A DNA stretch of 64,000 bases from an uncultured Dehalococcoidia bacterium (GTDB lineage Bacteria > Chloroflexota > Dehalococcoidia > DSTF01 > JACRBR01). Below the pieces are notes generated by a model. That model was not told the origin of the DNA, ran no database searches, and saw nothing but the letters and a program-made list of their open reading frames with translations. The position numbers and the translations under genes were made by a program. The stretch is from assembly GCA_964371355.1 (NCBI GenBank), contig CAYJMG010000002.1, positions 86,883-150,882 of the forward strand, read 5' to 3'. Positions 8,906-18,512 of this stretch are shown piece by piece; position 1 is the stretch's first letter, and every line of letters begins with the position of its first letter.

Positions 8906-9315
8906 TATCGGAACCAGGCCTTACCCACTACCAGGCCTACCGGCACGGGACCGAATTCGCGCGAGTCCCGGCTCGCCTGCGCATTGTCGCCCAGTACGTA
9001 CACCGAGGTCGCGCCCGCGTCCACATCGAACGCCACCCGCTTCAGCAGCACGTGGCCGTCGCGGTCGGGGTCACGCAGGACGACGACGTCTCCTGCGGCC
9101 GGACTCCGCCGCACGTACGCCAGGCGGTTCACCACGATCCGCTCGCCGTCCCGGTACGCCGGCTCCATGCTCCCGCCTTCGACCGCATAACGGCCGAGCG
9201 GCCACCGCAGCCACGGGCGGCGCAGCGTAGCGAACAGCGAGACCAGCGCGGCCAAGCCAGCGACGACAGCGAGCGTCGTCGTTGCCGGCCGCGCCAGCCC
9301 CACCGGCACGCGCAC
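8902..9315 (-). CDS. sodX: signal-peptidase-I-like (S26) NiSOD maturation protease
   Basis: S26 catalytic Ser (GGSMEP) and Lys (LLKRVA) are present, with a single N-terminal TM. It lies 4 nt downstream of sodN on the same strand. GTG start. Confidence 0.8.
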   Translation of the reverse strand: MRVPVGLARPATTTLAVVAGLAALVSLFATLRRPWLRWPLGRYAVEGGSMEPAYRDGERIVVNRLAYVRRSPAAGDVVVLRDPDRDGHVLLKRVAFDVDAGATSVYVLGDNAQASRDSREFGPVPVGLVVGKAWFRY

Positions 9316-9319
9316 GACC

Positions 9320-9829
9320 CTACGCCGGGACGACCAGCTCGCCCCCGACCGCCTGGTTCGAGGGCTGCTTCCTGGTTGCGACGCCCTTGGTGTCCCAGAA
9401 GATCTCGGCGAAGCGCTGTGTCGCCGCCAGCAGATCCTGCGCGGCCTGCATGCTGATCTCCTGCTTGTTCTTCCCGCCCAGCTTCATGATGTCCCACGTG
9501 ACCTGGTGCAGGTCCTTGTGCTTCTCCACGTGCTCCGGCTTGAAGTAGTCGCCCCAGATGACGCGAGCCTCGCGCTTCGCCAGCTCGGCGTGCTCCTCTT
9601 TCACCAGCAGGTACCGGCTCAGGTTCGCCTTCGTCTTCGCCGCGTCGTCGCCCAGCGCCTCGATGAGCTGGTTCATGCGCACGACCGTGAGGGCGGCGAC
9701 CTGCATCAGGTGCGGGTCGTAGATGCCGCAAGGGATGTCGCAGTGCGCTTCCACCGTCGTTGGTGCGGATACGCCATCGAGCGTGCGGAGAGCGCGGGAG
9801 ATGATGGACTGCAAGGTTGGTCGGGACAT
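9320..9829 (-). CDS. sodN: nickel superoxide dismutase precursor
   Basis: Ni-hook HCDIPCGIYDP follows a 28-aa pro-peptide. AGGAG SD lies upstream of ATG 9829. The longer ORF to 9994 lacks an SD. Confidence 0.85.
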   Translation of the reverse strand: MSRPTLQSIISRALRTLDGVSAPTTVEAHCDIPCGIYDPHLMQVAALTVVRMNQLIEALGDDAAKTKANLSRYLLVKEEHAELAKREARVIWGDYFKPEHVEKHKDLHQVTWDIMKLGGKNKQEISMQAAQDLLAATQRFAEIFWDTKGVATRKQPSNQAVGGELVVPA

Positions 9830-9978
9830 GGTCGACTCCTTCTGCCTGTCTGGTCTGAGATGCGATTGGTTAATCCAGTCTAAACCTGCTCTATCCAACG
9901 GCAAATGGGAAGCTGCCAGACCAGGCCAGCGGCGGCCGTCCCGCCCACATCCGGACCCGGGCGGGCCACAAACCGAGG

Positions 9979-10515
9979 GTGTTCCCCGATACACCAGGAG
10001 GTGCAGACACCCCTACGATGAACCCGATGAGTAGCTGGGAGATCGTCCACAAGTGGTACATGCCCTTCCTGTGGCTCGCACTCTCGTGCGTCGGGACCAT
10101 CGTCTGGGCCATCTATAGCCAGCTCGGCATCGCCACGGCATCAGGACAGGCGCTGGGCTTGCCGTACGGCGACGAATGGATGCCACGCGACAAATACCTC
10201 GAGACGATCGTGCCGTATCTGTTCAGCCTCGTCGCCGGTGTCTGGCTTATCGACGGCGACGGCACGACGCGTTGGGCGGCGTTCTGGGCTCTGCTGGCGG
10301 CCATCGCCCGCATCGCCGTGCCGCTCTGGATCGTGACCGGCCCCGACGTGACCGCGGTTACCGGGCAACACTACGTCGACTGGACGACGCTGCGTCCGCT
10401 CATCTGGTTCTCCGATGTGCAGATGACGCTGCTGGGCGTCACGCTCTGGGCCATCTTCGGGCACTTTGCCGGCAACAGCCGCGGCTTCCACGCCTCGCAC
10501 GAACCCGCCTATTGA
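9979..10515 (+). CDS. hypothetical polytopic membrane protein
   Basis: Four to five hydrophobic helices, Trp-rich. Start is uncertain (GTG 9979, ATG 10018 or 10027). Confidence 0.5.
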   Translation: MFPDTPGGADTPTMNPMSSWEIVHKWYMPFLWLALSCVGTIVWAIYSQLGIATASGQALGLPYGDEWMPRDKYLETIVPYLFSLVAGVWLIDGDGTTRWAAFWALLAAIARIAVPLWIVTGPDVTAVTGQHYVDWTTLRPLIWFSDVQMTLLGVTLWAIFGHFAGNSRGFHASHEPAY

Positions 10516-10711
10516 CGCGCACACCTCATCGCCACACCGCCCGCCGCCGTCCGCGATCCCGCCTCCCGGACGGCGGCTTTGTTGTCATTCACGGACGGTG
10601 CTCAGAAGTGGCAGCAGATCGTTGCACCCGGCGTGCATTCGCGGGATTGCGATGGGAGGCGCAGGCGGGTCAAGCTGGTTGCGTGGGCGTACGACGCAGG
10701 GGAGGTTCACG

Positions 10712-11728
10712 ATGACGCTTCAGAGCGACGGCTCGACGGCCGAACTCATGCGGATGGTGAATGGGTACCAGATCTCGGCCGCGTTAAGCGTTGCCGTCGA
10801 GCTGGGGATCCCGGACCTCATCGGCGACACGGAGGTGAGCACGGTCGAACTCGCGGCCGCGGCGGGCGCAGACGAGCGGGCGTTGTACCGGCTGCTACGC
10901 GCGCTGGCGAGCGTAGGCGTGCTGCGAGAGCACCCGGGGCGGCGGTTCACGCTGGGTCAGGCGGGCCAGGTCCTGCGGACCGATGTGCCGGGGTCGCTCG
11001 CGGGCTGGGTGCGACACGTGGGAGCACCATATTACTGGAACACCTGGGCGAACTTGCTGCACAGCGTGCGGACCGGCGAGAACGCGTTCAAGGCGCTGTA
11101 CGGCACCGACGTGTGGTCGTACCGCGCAGAGCGGCCGCGCGAGAATGAGCTGTTCAACGCGGCAATGAAGGCGCTGACCGGCGCGCAGACGATGGCGCTG
11201 CTCTCGACGTATGACTTCGCGCGGTTCGGGACGATCGCGGACGTCGGAGGAGGGACGGGCGCATTGCTGGGGGCGATCCTGAACCGGTGTCCGCACTCGA
11301 AGGGGATCCTCTTCGACCTGGAGCACGTGGTGGCGGGGGCGTCGGAGGAACTGGAACACGCGGGCGTCGCCGGGCGCTGCGCAATCGTGGCGGGGAGCTT
11401 CTTCGAGACCGTCCCGCCGGGAGCGGACGCCTACGTCATGAAGAGCATCCTTCACGATTACACCGACGACCGGGCGACCGAAATCCTGCGCAACTGCCGA
11501 AAGGCGGCTTCGTCCGGTGTGATGCTTCTGGTGATCGAGCGGGTGGTGGGGCCACCCAACGAGGACCCGCAGACGAAGTTCAGCGACCTGAACATGCTGG
11601 TCGCTCCCGACGGGCGCGAGCGGACGGAAGCAGAATGGCGGGAGCTGTTCTCGGCCGGAGGCTTCCGGCTGGAGCGGGCCATCCCGACGCCATCGGGGTT
11701 CCGGGTGATCGAGGGGACGCCGGCGTAG
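10712..11728 (+). CDS. class I SAM-dependent O-methyltransferase (COMT-like, with N-terminal dimerisation domain)
   Basis: SAM motif I is DVGGGTGALLGAIL, with the downstream acidic and HDY motifs of plant/bacterial O-MTs. GGAGG SD lies before ATG 10712. Confidence 0.85.
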   Translation: MTLQSDGSTAELMRMVNGYQISAALSVAVELGIPDLIGDTEVSTVELAAAAGADERALYRLLRALASVGVLREHPGRRFTLGQAGQVLRTDVPGSLAGWVRHVGAPYYWNTWANLLHSVRTGENAFKALYGTDVWSYRAERPRENELFNAAMKALTGAQTMALLSTYDFARFGTIADVGGGTGALLGAILNRCPHSKGILFDLEHVVAGASEELEHAGVAGRCAIVAGSFFETVPPGADAYVMKSILHDYTDDRATEILRNCRKAASSGVMLLVIERVVGPPNEDPQTKFSDLNMLVAPDGRERTEAEWRELFSAGGFRLERAIPTPSGFRVIEGTPA

Positions 11729-11859
11729 GTGGGGGGATAGGGAGTGGGGAACAGAGAATAGTGGGGCCGAGGCGCAAGCGGGCGGGGGACACTGACCACC
11801 CTTGGTCATGTCAGCGCCCACGGGCACGCCGCGGCGTGCCTCTACGAACGCCGGATCGC

Positions 11860-12171
11860 CTACCCGCGGTGGGAGAGGATGGCGATGAGGACGAGGAGGA
11901 CGCCGAGGACGGTGGTGAGGCCGAGGACGGGGACGGCGAGGCGGGCGGCGGTCTTCGGGAGGAACAGCTCGAAGAACGTGCTGTCGTCGCCCACGCGCTC
12001 GTGGACGGCGCCGAGCGGGCAGACGCCATCGTTGAGCACGACAACGGCGCCTTCGACGGCGAGCGCGCCGATGGCGAACGCCAGGATCCAGGGGTGCCAG
12101 GCCTGGGCCAGGCCGGCGTAGTAGATGTAGGCCATGCAAGAAAGGAAGAAGACCGAGATCGCGCCGTGCAT
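11860..12171 (-). CDS. small membrane protein (3 TM)
   Basis: 103-aa hydrophobic ORF immediately downstream of pepN on the same strand. Start codon is uncertain. Confidence 0.45.
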   Translation of the reverse strand: MHGAISVFFLSCMAYIYYAGLAQAWHPWILAFAIGALAVEGAVVVLNDGVCPLGAVHERVGDDSTFFELFLPKTAARLAVPVLGLTTVLGVLLVLIAILSHRG

Positions 12172-12266
12172 CGCGCGCACGGCGAAGATCTTCCATCGCG
12201 ATGTGGCGACGGCCTCCGTGGCGGCCCCTGTAGCGGCTTCGGTTGCTTCGGTCGTCACGGCGCGCC

Positions 12267-14984
12267 TCAGCGTCGAGAACGGGCCGCCGCCGCACGTTTC
12301 CGACGCGGGCTCGCGCTCGGGCTCGGGCGCGGCAGTCGCGCCGGCGTTCGTGCCGCGGACTTCTTGCCGGCGGCCTTCTTCGCGCCGGGCTTCGGCCGCG
12401 CGCCCGCGCCGTCGAGGGAGAGGCGCGACTCGATCTTCGCCAGCCGGTCCTTCAGCGTACGGTTCTCCTCCTGGAGCTTCTCGACGTCGTCGCGAAGGTT
12501 CTTCACCTCCTGACCCTTGTCGGCGCCCTCGCGCAGGCGCTGGATCGCCTCGCGCGCGGAGCGGATCACGCGACCATCGAGGTCGCGGGAGCGGGCGCGT
12601 TCCAGCTCGGCGATGGCCTTCGTCTGCTTCAGCTCTACGAGGGCGGCGATGGCGTTGAGGCGCACGCGCAGCCAGTCGTCGGCGAGCAGCTCGACGAGGC
12701 GGTCGTAGGCCTGGTCCTTTGCTTTGTCGCTGAGTTGACCGAGGCGGCCGAGGACGATCGTGGCGGCGCCGCGCACGGGGTTCGACTTGCCGCGCTTCGT
12801 CCACTCGAGGGCGATGGGCAGCGCGCGTTCGTCCTTCAGGTCGGCGAAACCCAGCAGGGCCTGCGCGCGGATGGCGTCGTTCTGCGACTCCTTCTTCATC
12901 GCGACCTTCGCGAGGACATCGAAGGCGCGCGGCGATCGCGTCTGGCCGAGCGACTGGGCGGCGTTGGCCTCGACGTAGTACGAGGGGTCGCCCTTGCGGA
13001 GGATGGATTCGAGCGCGGCGGCGACCGTCTCGTCGTGGCGGAACTGGCCGAGGCCGGCGACGACACCGCGGCGGGCCTTCGGGTGCTTCACGGTGACGCA
13101 GGCGAGGAGCGCGTCGCGGGCGATCTCGCTGCGGATGCCGCCGAGGGCGCGGGCGGCCTCGCTCTGGACGCCCCAGAACTTGTCCTTCAGCACCGCCTGC
13201 TTGAGCGCGTCGACGGCCTCTTGCGTCGCGAGCTTCGCCAGCTCCTTCGCGGCGTCGATGCGGCCGGCAGCGTCATCGTCGTGCTGGAGCTGGTACAGGA
13301 GGAGGTCCTTGCCGCGCTTGAAGTCGACGGTCTTGAGGAAGTTGTGCCCGGGGTCGAAGCGCACCATCTGGGGTTTGCCGGGCAGCGTAAAGTAAAAGTT
13401 GTGCACCTTCTCGGCGATCTGGACGTTGAAGGCGTGCTGCTTGCCATCGACGGTGAAGTCGATGACGACGGGCAGCCGGAAGACCGACGACTCCTTCTCG
13501 TCCTGCGTCTGCTGGACGTTGAGCTTCGCCTGCTTCGCGGCCTCGTCCCACTCAAACGCGAGCTTGAAGGCGGGGTGGCCGCCCTTGAACACGTACTCGT
13601 CGAAGAGCCAGTCGATGTTGCGGCCGGTGGCCTGCTCGATCGCGCGCTGGAGATCGGGCGTCGTGACGTTCGTGTGCCTGCGGGTGGCGACGTAGTGGTG
13701 GATGGCCTTGCGCCAGAGGTCGTCGCCGAGGACGGTGCGGATCATGTGCAGGACCAGCGAGCCCTTCTCGTACAGGTGACGGTCGAAGAGGTCGATGGGC
13801 TCGTGGTAGACGTTGTGCACGATGGGGCGGCGGTAGCGTGAGCTGTCCTCGCCCATGTAGATCTGCGTGTTCTGGTACAGCTCGTACCGGAACTCGTCGT
13901 CGCCCTTGGCGGCCTCGGTGAAGAGCGCCTCGAAATAGGTGGCGAAGCCCTCGTTGAGCCAGGCGTGCGCCCACTCGCGACAGGTAAGCAGGTCGCCGAA
14001 CCACTGGTGCGCCAGCTCGTGGGCCAGCAGGCCATCGGCGTCGGAATCGAGCCAAGCGCGCTTGTCGAGCAGCGAGGTGTCGGTGAGGGTGGTGGCGGTG
14101 ATGTTCTCCATGCCACCGAAGATGAAGTCGGCGACGAAGGTCTGGGCGTAGCGAGGGTAGGGGTACTTGAGGCCAGTGGCGTCGCTGAGGACCTCGAGCA
14201 TCTTCGGCGTGCGCTGCAGTGTGCGCTCGAGGTCGGCCTCACGGCCCTTCGGGCCGTAGTACTGGACCTTCACGCCCTTCCAGTCGTGCACGATCTCGGC
14301 GAAGGCGCCGACGATCTGGCTGAGCAAGTAGGTGACGTGGGGGGTCGAGCAGTACCAGTGGTAGGTCTTCGTGCCGTTCTTGTTCGTGCGGACGGAACGC
14401 AGCTCGCCGTTGCCGATGCTGATCATGCGCGGCGGGACGGTGACGACGACCTCGGTGGTCTGCTGGTGGTTGGGGAAGTCGACGCAGGGGTACCAGTGGC
14501 GCGAGTCCTCGTCCTGGCCCTGGGTCCAGGCCTGCAGCGGCTTCTTCGGGTAGTCCTTGTCGGGCGCGGTGAACCAGAGGCCGCGCCTCGGGTTGGCGGC
14601 GTATGTGATGGCGACCTGCGTCTGTGCCCCCGCCTTCATGCGCGGGAGGTCGACGCGCAGGATCGGGTCGGAGTAGTCGAACTTGGCGGGTTTGCCGGAG
14701 ACGGTCACCTTTTTGATGGTCATTTCGGCCGCGTCGAAGGTGACCTGCCGGACTCCATCGTTGATGGCGACGATCGTGTGCGTGGCCGTCCCCGCGACGG
14801 ACTTCGCCTTCGGGTCGATGGCGATATCGAGCTTGATGTGCCGCACGTCGACGACGAGGTCGGGCGCGTAGTGGGGCTGGTCGCCGGCGAGCGGGTGCGG
14901 TCGCTGTGCGGCGGCCGCAGCGGCGACGGTGAGGGCGCGGGAGCAGTGTTCGCGCTCGAGGGTGAGGTCAGTGGTATTGGGCAT
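12267..14984 (-). CDS. pepN: aminopeptidase N (M1 zinc metallopeptidase) with C-terminal HEAT repeats, coiled coil and K/R-rich tail
   Basis: GAMEN exopeptidase motif and HELAHQWFGDLLT(x18)E zinc site are present. ATG at 14984 follows a GAGAGG SD. Confidence 0.9.
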   Translation of the reverse strand: MPNTTDLTLEREHCSRALTVAAAAAAQRPHPLAGDQPHYAPDLVVDVRHIKLDIAIDPKAKSVAGTATHTIVAINDGVRQVTFDAAEMTIKKVTVSGKPAKFDYSDPILRVDLPRMKAGAQTQVAITYAANPRRGLWFTAPDKDYPKKPLQAWTQGQDEDSRHWYPCVDFPNHQQTTEVVVTVPPRMISIGNGELRSVRTNKNGTKTYHWYCSTPHVTYLLSQIVGAFAEIVHDWKGVKVQYYGPKGREADLERTLQRTPKMLEVLSDATGLKYPYPRYAQTFVADFIFGGMENITATTLTDTSLLDKRAWLDSDADGLLAHELAHQWFGDLLTCREWAHAWLNEGFATYFEALFTEAAKGDDEFRYELYQNTQIYMGEDSSRYRRPIVHNVYHEPIDLFDRHLYEKGSLVLHMIRTVLGDDLWRKAIHHYVATRRHTNVTTPDLQRAIEQATGRNIDWLFDEYVFKGGHPAFKLAFEWDEAAKQAKLNVQQTQDEKESSVFRLPVVIDFTVDGKQHAFNVQIAEKVHNFYFTLPGKPQMVRFDPGHNFLKTVDFKRGKDLLLYQLQHDDDAAGRIDAAKELAKLATQEAVDALKQAVLKDKFWGVQSEAARALGGIRSEIARDALLACVTVKHPKARRGVVAGLGQFRHDETVAAALESILRKGDPSYYVEANAAQSLGQTRSPRAFDVLAKVAMKKESQNDAIRAQALLGFADLKDERALPIALEWTKRGKSNPVRGAATIVLGRLGQLSDKAKDQAYDRLVELLADDWLRVRLNAIAALVELKQTKAIAELERARSRDLDGRVIRSAREAIQRLREGADKGQEVKNLRDDVEKLQEENRTLKDRLAKIESRLSLDGAGARPKPGAKKAAGKKSAARTPARLPRPSPSASPRRKRAAAARSRR

Positions 14985-15134
14985 CTTGGCCTCTCGCGGG
15001 AGGGCGCAGCCAGGCCGCGCCCCTACGGATTCGTGGTGTTCGGAGCATGGTAGCGACGGAGATGTGCACGGGCGAGGCGTCGCGGGCGGGGGCGCCTGCA
15101 CCCGTCCAGGGCCCGAAATGCGTCTGGAGTGACG

Positions 15135-16610
15135 CTACATCGCAGGGTTCAGAACGGAGTGGATGAAGTCGTGGTCGCCGAGGAGGGGTTCTTCGGGGAG
15201 GTAGAGCTTCCAGTAGCGCTCGAGGTAGACGAGCTGCTTGGCGGCGAGGAAGGCTGCGCGCTGCGTCGGGTCCTCCGGCACCCCGTCCCGGATCTTCATC
15301 CGGTTCGTCCGCGCCACCCGCCGGTTCATCCGCACGCGATCCGTCAGCGAGCGCTTCACCGGCCGCTCACCCGTCGCGAGCAGCACGGCGTCGTCGGCGG
15401 TCCCGAAGAGCGACGACATGCTGACCTCGCCGACAGGCTGCGTGATGATGGGCTCGATGAGGTTGCGGAGCAGGCGCCGGAGCTGCTCGTCGGTGAGGCC
15501 GAAGCCGTCGCGCAGCGAGTCGCCCTGGATTCGCATGAAGTGGGTGGTCATGTCGTCCCAGGCGGCCTCGTCGCCGATGGCGCAGCGCAGGATGGTGTGC
15601 ACGAGGCCATGATTGATGGGGTCGAGCCGGCAGACGATACCCCAATCGAGCATGCCCAGGCGGCCTTCGCGCAGCATCAACAGGTTGCCGGCGTGGATAT
15701 CGGCGTGGAAGGCGCGGAAGCGATCGGCGGTGAGGATCCACGCTTGCATGAGCTGCTTCACGTACGGCCGCGGGTCGTGGCCCATCGCCTCGATGTCGTC
15801 TAGCGCGTCCAGTGGCACGCCGTCCAGGTACTCCATGGTGAGGACGCGGCGGGAGGACAGCTCTTCGTACACGCGGGGGACGACGAGCAGGTCGAGATCG
15901 AGTTCCGCCAGCACCACGCTGAAGGCGCGCATCGAGCGGGCCTCGTTGCGGAGGTCCAGCTCTTCGGCGACCTGCTCGCGCAAGCCGACGAGGAACCCGA
16001 GGAGGTCCATCGCGCGGTCGACGCCCTGTTGGGCGGCGATGCGGACGGGCAGCGTCATCACGCCGAGATCGGCGGCGACAAGGCGCTCCATTCCGGGGCG
16101 GAGCACCTTCACAGCCACGTCCTCGCCGGACCGCAGGCGCGCGCGGTGGACGGCGGCGATGGACGCGGCGGCCAGCGGCGTCTCGTCGAAATCGGCGTAG
16201 AGTTCGCGTAGGGGACGACCAAAGTCGCGCTCGATAGTGCGACGCACGTCGTCGAAGGGGATGGGCGGGCCGGAGTCGAGGCAACTGCGGAACTCGGCCG
16301 CGATTGATTCGCCGACGATATCGGGTGCGGAGCCGACGAACTGGCCGAACTTCACATAGGTCGCGCCAAGGTCGCCACAGGCGAGGCGCAGGGCGCGGGC
16401 GACGGGGTTGTAGCCGTTGCGGCGCCCGGTCGCGAGGCGGGCCGCTTCGGGGGCCGTATACCGGGCCAGGGCGAAGGCGCCGCGGAGGAAGCGGCTGGCG
16501 CTCTCGCGCGGCCCGGGAGTGGGCAGGACGATGGGGGCCGGCGGCCGGTAGCCGAGATGGTCGAAGGCGCCGTGTGGGGGCGCCGGGGGACGGGAGAGTT
16601 CTTGTGTCAT
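15135..16610 (-). CDS. ABC1/UbiB-family atypical protein kinase
   Basis: ATP-binding Lys (VAVKV), HADIHAGN catalytic loop and DWG motif of the ABC1/ADCK family. Confidence 0.85.
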   Translation of the reverse strand: MTQELSRPPAPPHGAFDHLGYRPPAPIVLPTPGPRESASRFLRGAFALARYTAPEAARLATGRRNGYNPVARALRLACGDLGATYVKFGQFVGSAPDIVGESIAAEFRSCLDSGPPIPFDDVRRTIERDFGRPLRELYADFDETPLAAASIAAVHRARLRSGEDVAVKVLRPGMERLVAADLGVMTLPVRIAAQQGVDRAMDLLGFLVGLREQVAEELDLRNEARSMRAFSVVLAELDLDLLVVPRVYEELSSRRVLTMEYLDGVPLDALDDIEAMGHDPRPYVKQLMQAWILTADRFRAFHADIHAGNLLMLREGRLGMLDWGIVCRLDPINHGLVHTILRCAIGDEAAWDDMTTHFMRIQGDSLRDGFGLTDEQLRRLLRNLIEPIITQPVGEVSMSSLFGTADDAVLLATGERPVKRSLTDRVRMNRRVARTNRMKIRDGVPEDPTQRAAFLAAKQLVYLERYWKLYLPEEPLLGDHDFIHSVLNPAM

Positions 16611-16794
16611 CGCTCCGGGCCAAGTCTAGCAGCGGCGCGTTGGCGGCGGCGGCAGGCGATGTTGAGGATGCATGACAGTGGCCCCCGCGTTGCCGCGAGC
16701 ACAGTTCCGCAAAAGACGCGCAGCGGCGGCCACCACCTGTGGTCGTTCGCTCAGGGCCGCCGGAGCGACCCGCTCAAGGATGGCGGGCCGGGTG

Positions 16795-17007
16795 CTAGCG
16801 GGCGCGAGGGGAGTGGAGGGCGCCGCTTGCGATGGGCTCATCGATGTAGAGGTCGCCGTTGCGGATCTTGATGTTGAAGCCGCAGTGGGGGTTGGTGCAG
16901 GCCCAGGCCTTGAAGTGGATCGCGGCGCCCTGCGAGCCGAAGTCGGACAGGGGGACGAGGTCGCCCTCCTTGCATTTTTGACACAACGGGAAACTGGAGA
17001 TTTCCAT
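16795..17007 (-). CDS. small Cys4 zinc-ribbon protein (70 aa)
   Basis: CQKC ... C(x4)C spacing suggests a zinc ribbon. GGAGG then GAGG precede the ATG. Confidence 0.5.
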   Translation of the reverse strand: MEISSFPLCQKCKEGDLVPLSDFGSQGAAIHFKAWACTNPHCGFNIKIRNGDLYIDEPIASGALHSPRAR

Positions 17008-17256
17008 CCTCGACCGCCTCCACCACCCGCAGCATCGTTTCTACGGGTTCATGGCCCTCCCCGGGCCGGGCACACGGCAGGGCAGCCTTTCGCCCCGCCT
17101 GAAAGTGCCGCGAGTATAAACCGTGGTTTTAACATTTGGCAATTGACACCGGCGGAATCTCACCAGTGAAGCGCAGTGGACACGGAAGCGGTCCGAATCC
17201 GACAGAAGTATCGCGGTCGCCGTCGCTTGGGGCGATGAGAGGTAGACGGGCGCTGC

Positions 17257-17622
17257 TCAGGGTGTGCCTTCGGGAGCGTTAAGCGCCTCGGTGGCGATGA
17301 CGGCGACCGTGTGGCCTTCGGGAGTGGAGGCCAGGAAACCCGCGCCCTGAGCCCAGGGGAGATCGCGCACGGCGCAACCACGCTCGAGAAAGTGCTCGGC
17401 GGCCTCTACGACGTCGTCCGTGCTGAACAGGAGGTAGGGGGGCGCGCCGGACTCCCGACCCGTGGCGTCGACCATGAGGGTGGTGCCTTCCCCGAGCTGG
17501 TAGAAGCGGACGCCGGCATCCTCGGCGCCCAGGGCGAGGCCCAGCGCGTGCTCGAAGAAGTGGGCGGCCTCCTCGCCACCCGCGGTGCTGTAAGCAATGA
17601 TGGATTCGAATCTCAGGTCCAC
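17257..17622 (-). CDS. VOC/glyoxalase-bleomycin resistance family protein
   Basis: 121-aa two-module βαβββ pattern with conserved His/Glu. GTG start. Confidence 0.7.
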   Translation of the reverse strand: MDLRFESIIAYSTAGGEEAAHFFEHALGLALGAEDAGVRFYQLGEGTTLMVDATGRESGAPPYLLFSTDDVVEAAEHFLERGCAVRDLPWAQGAGFLASTPEGHTVAVIATEALNAPEGTP

Positions 17623-17816
17623 GGTTATCAGTCGCCAGTCGTCAGTCGTCAGCAGTCGAGGCCATAGTAGCCCGAGGGGAGGTTGGCGGAAGGGGCCGTC
17701 GTCACTCAGTTCGGGCGTGACAACTCAGACCGGAAGTTGTCGCGCAGGGTGGAGGACGATGACTTCCTGTTGCTCCTCGTTTATCCGTAGCGCGCGCGTA
17801 CTCGGGAAAAAGGAGG

Positions 17817-18401
17817 TTACCGATAGAGGCCGTGGTCCTTGATGTAAGCGGCGACTGGAGCAGGGACCATGGCGTCGAGCGCCTCGCCGGATTCGGCACG
17901 GCGCCGGATCTCCGTCGAGGACACGTCGACCGCGGGCATGGGGAAGGGCTGGATGCGACCTGCGAGCACGGGCACTGCCGCGATCGCGCGATCGACCGCG
18001 GCGCCGCTGCGGGGCGCCACCGCGATGGTCGCGTGCCGGACGATACGCTCCGGATCCTTCCAGTTCGGCAGGTCGGCCAGGGCATCCGCACCGATGATGA
18101 ACCAGAACTCGTCGTCCAGGCGTTCTGCCGCCAACGCGTCGAGCGTATCGGCGGTATACGTAGGCCCCGCACGGCGCAACTCAATATCACTGATGCCGAA
18201 GGTGTCGTCCCCGGCGATGGCGATGCGGAGCATGGCAAGCCGGTGCTCGCCAGCCGTGATCTCTCGCGTCTTCCGCCAGGGTTGGCCGGCAGGGACGAAG
18301 AGCACGAGGTCGAGCGCGCACTGGTCTCGTGCGGCGGCAGCGAGTGCGAGATGGCCGTTGTGGACGGGGTCGAAGGTGCCGCCGAGGACGCCGATCTTCA
18401 T
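17817..18401 (-). CDS. nadD: nicotinate-nucleotide adenylyltransferase
   Basis: GGTFDPVHNGH nucleotidyltransferase (H/T)xGH motif and ISSTEIR C-terminal motif. It lies downstream of obg, which is a conserved synteny. Confidence 0.85.
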   Translation of the reverse strand: MKIGVLGGTFDPVHNGHLALAAAARDQCALDLVLFVPAGQPWRKTREITAGEHRLAMLRIAIAGDDTFGISDIELRRAGPTYTADTLDALAAERLDDEFWFIIGADALADLPNWKDPERIVRHATIAVAPRSGAAVDRAIAAVPVLAGRIQPFPMPAVDVSSTEIRRRAESGEALDAMVPAPVAAYIKDHGLYR

Positions 18402-18512
18402 GGGGAGTCCAGTGTTGTCAATTTCGCGATCCATCGCACGGGGCCCGGCCCAAACCGTGGACCTGTTGAGGCTCTGATCTGCGGGCTCGTGCCTCCCACC
18501 TGCAACCCGCCG

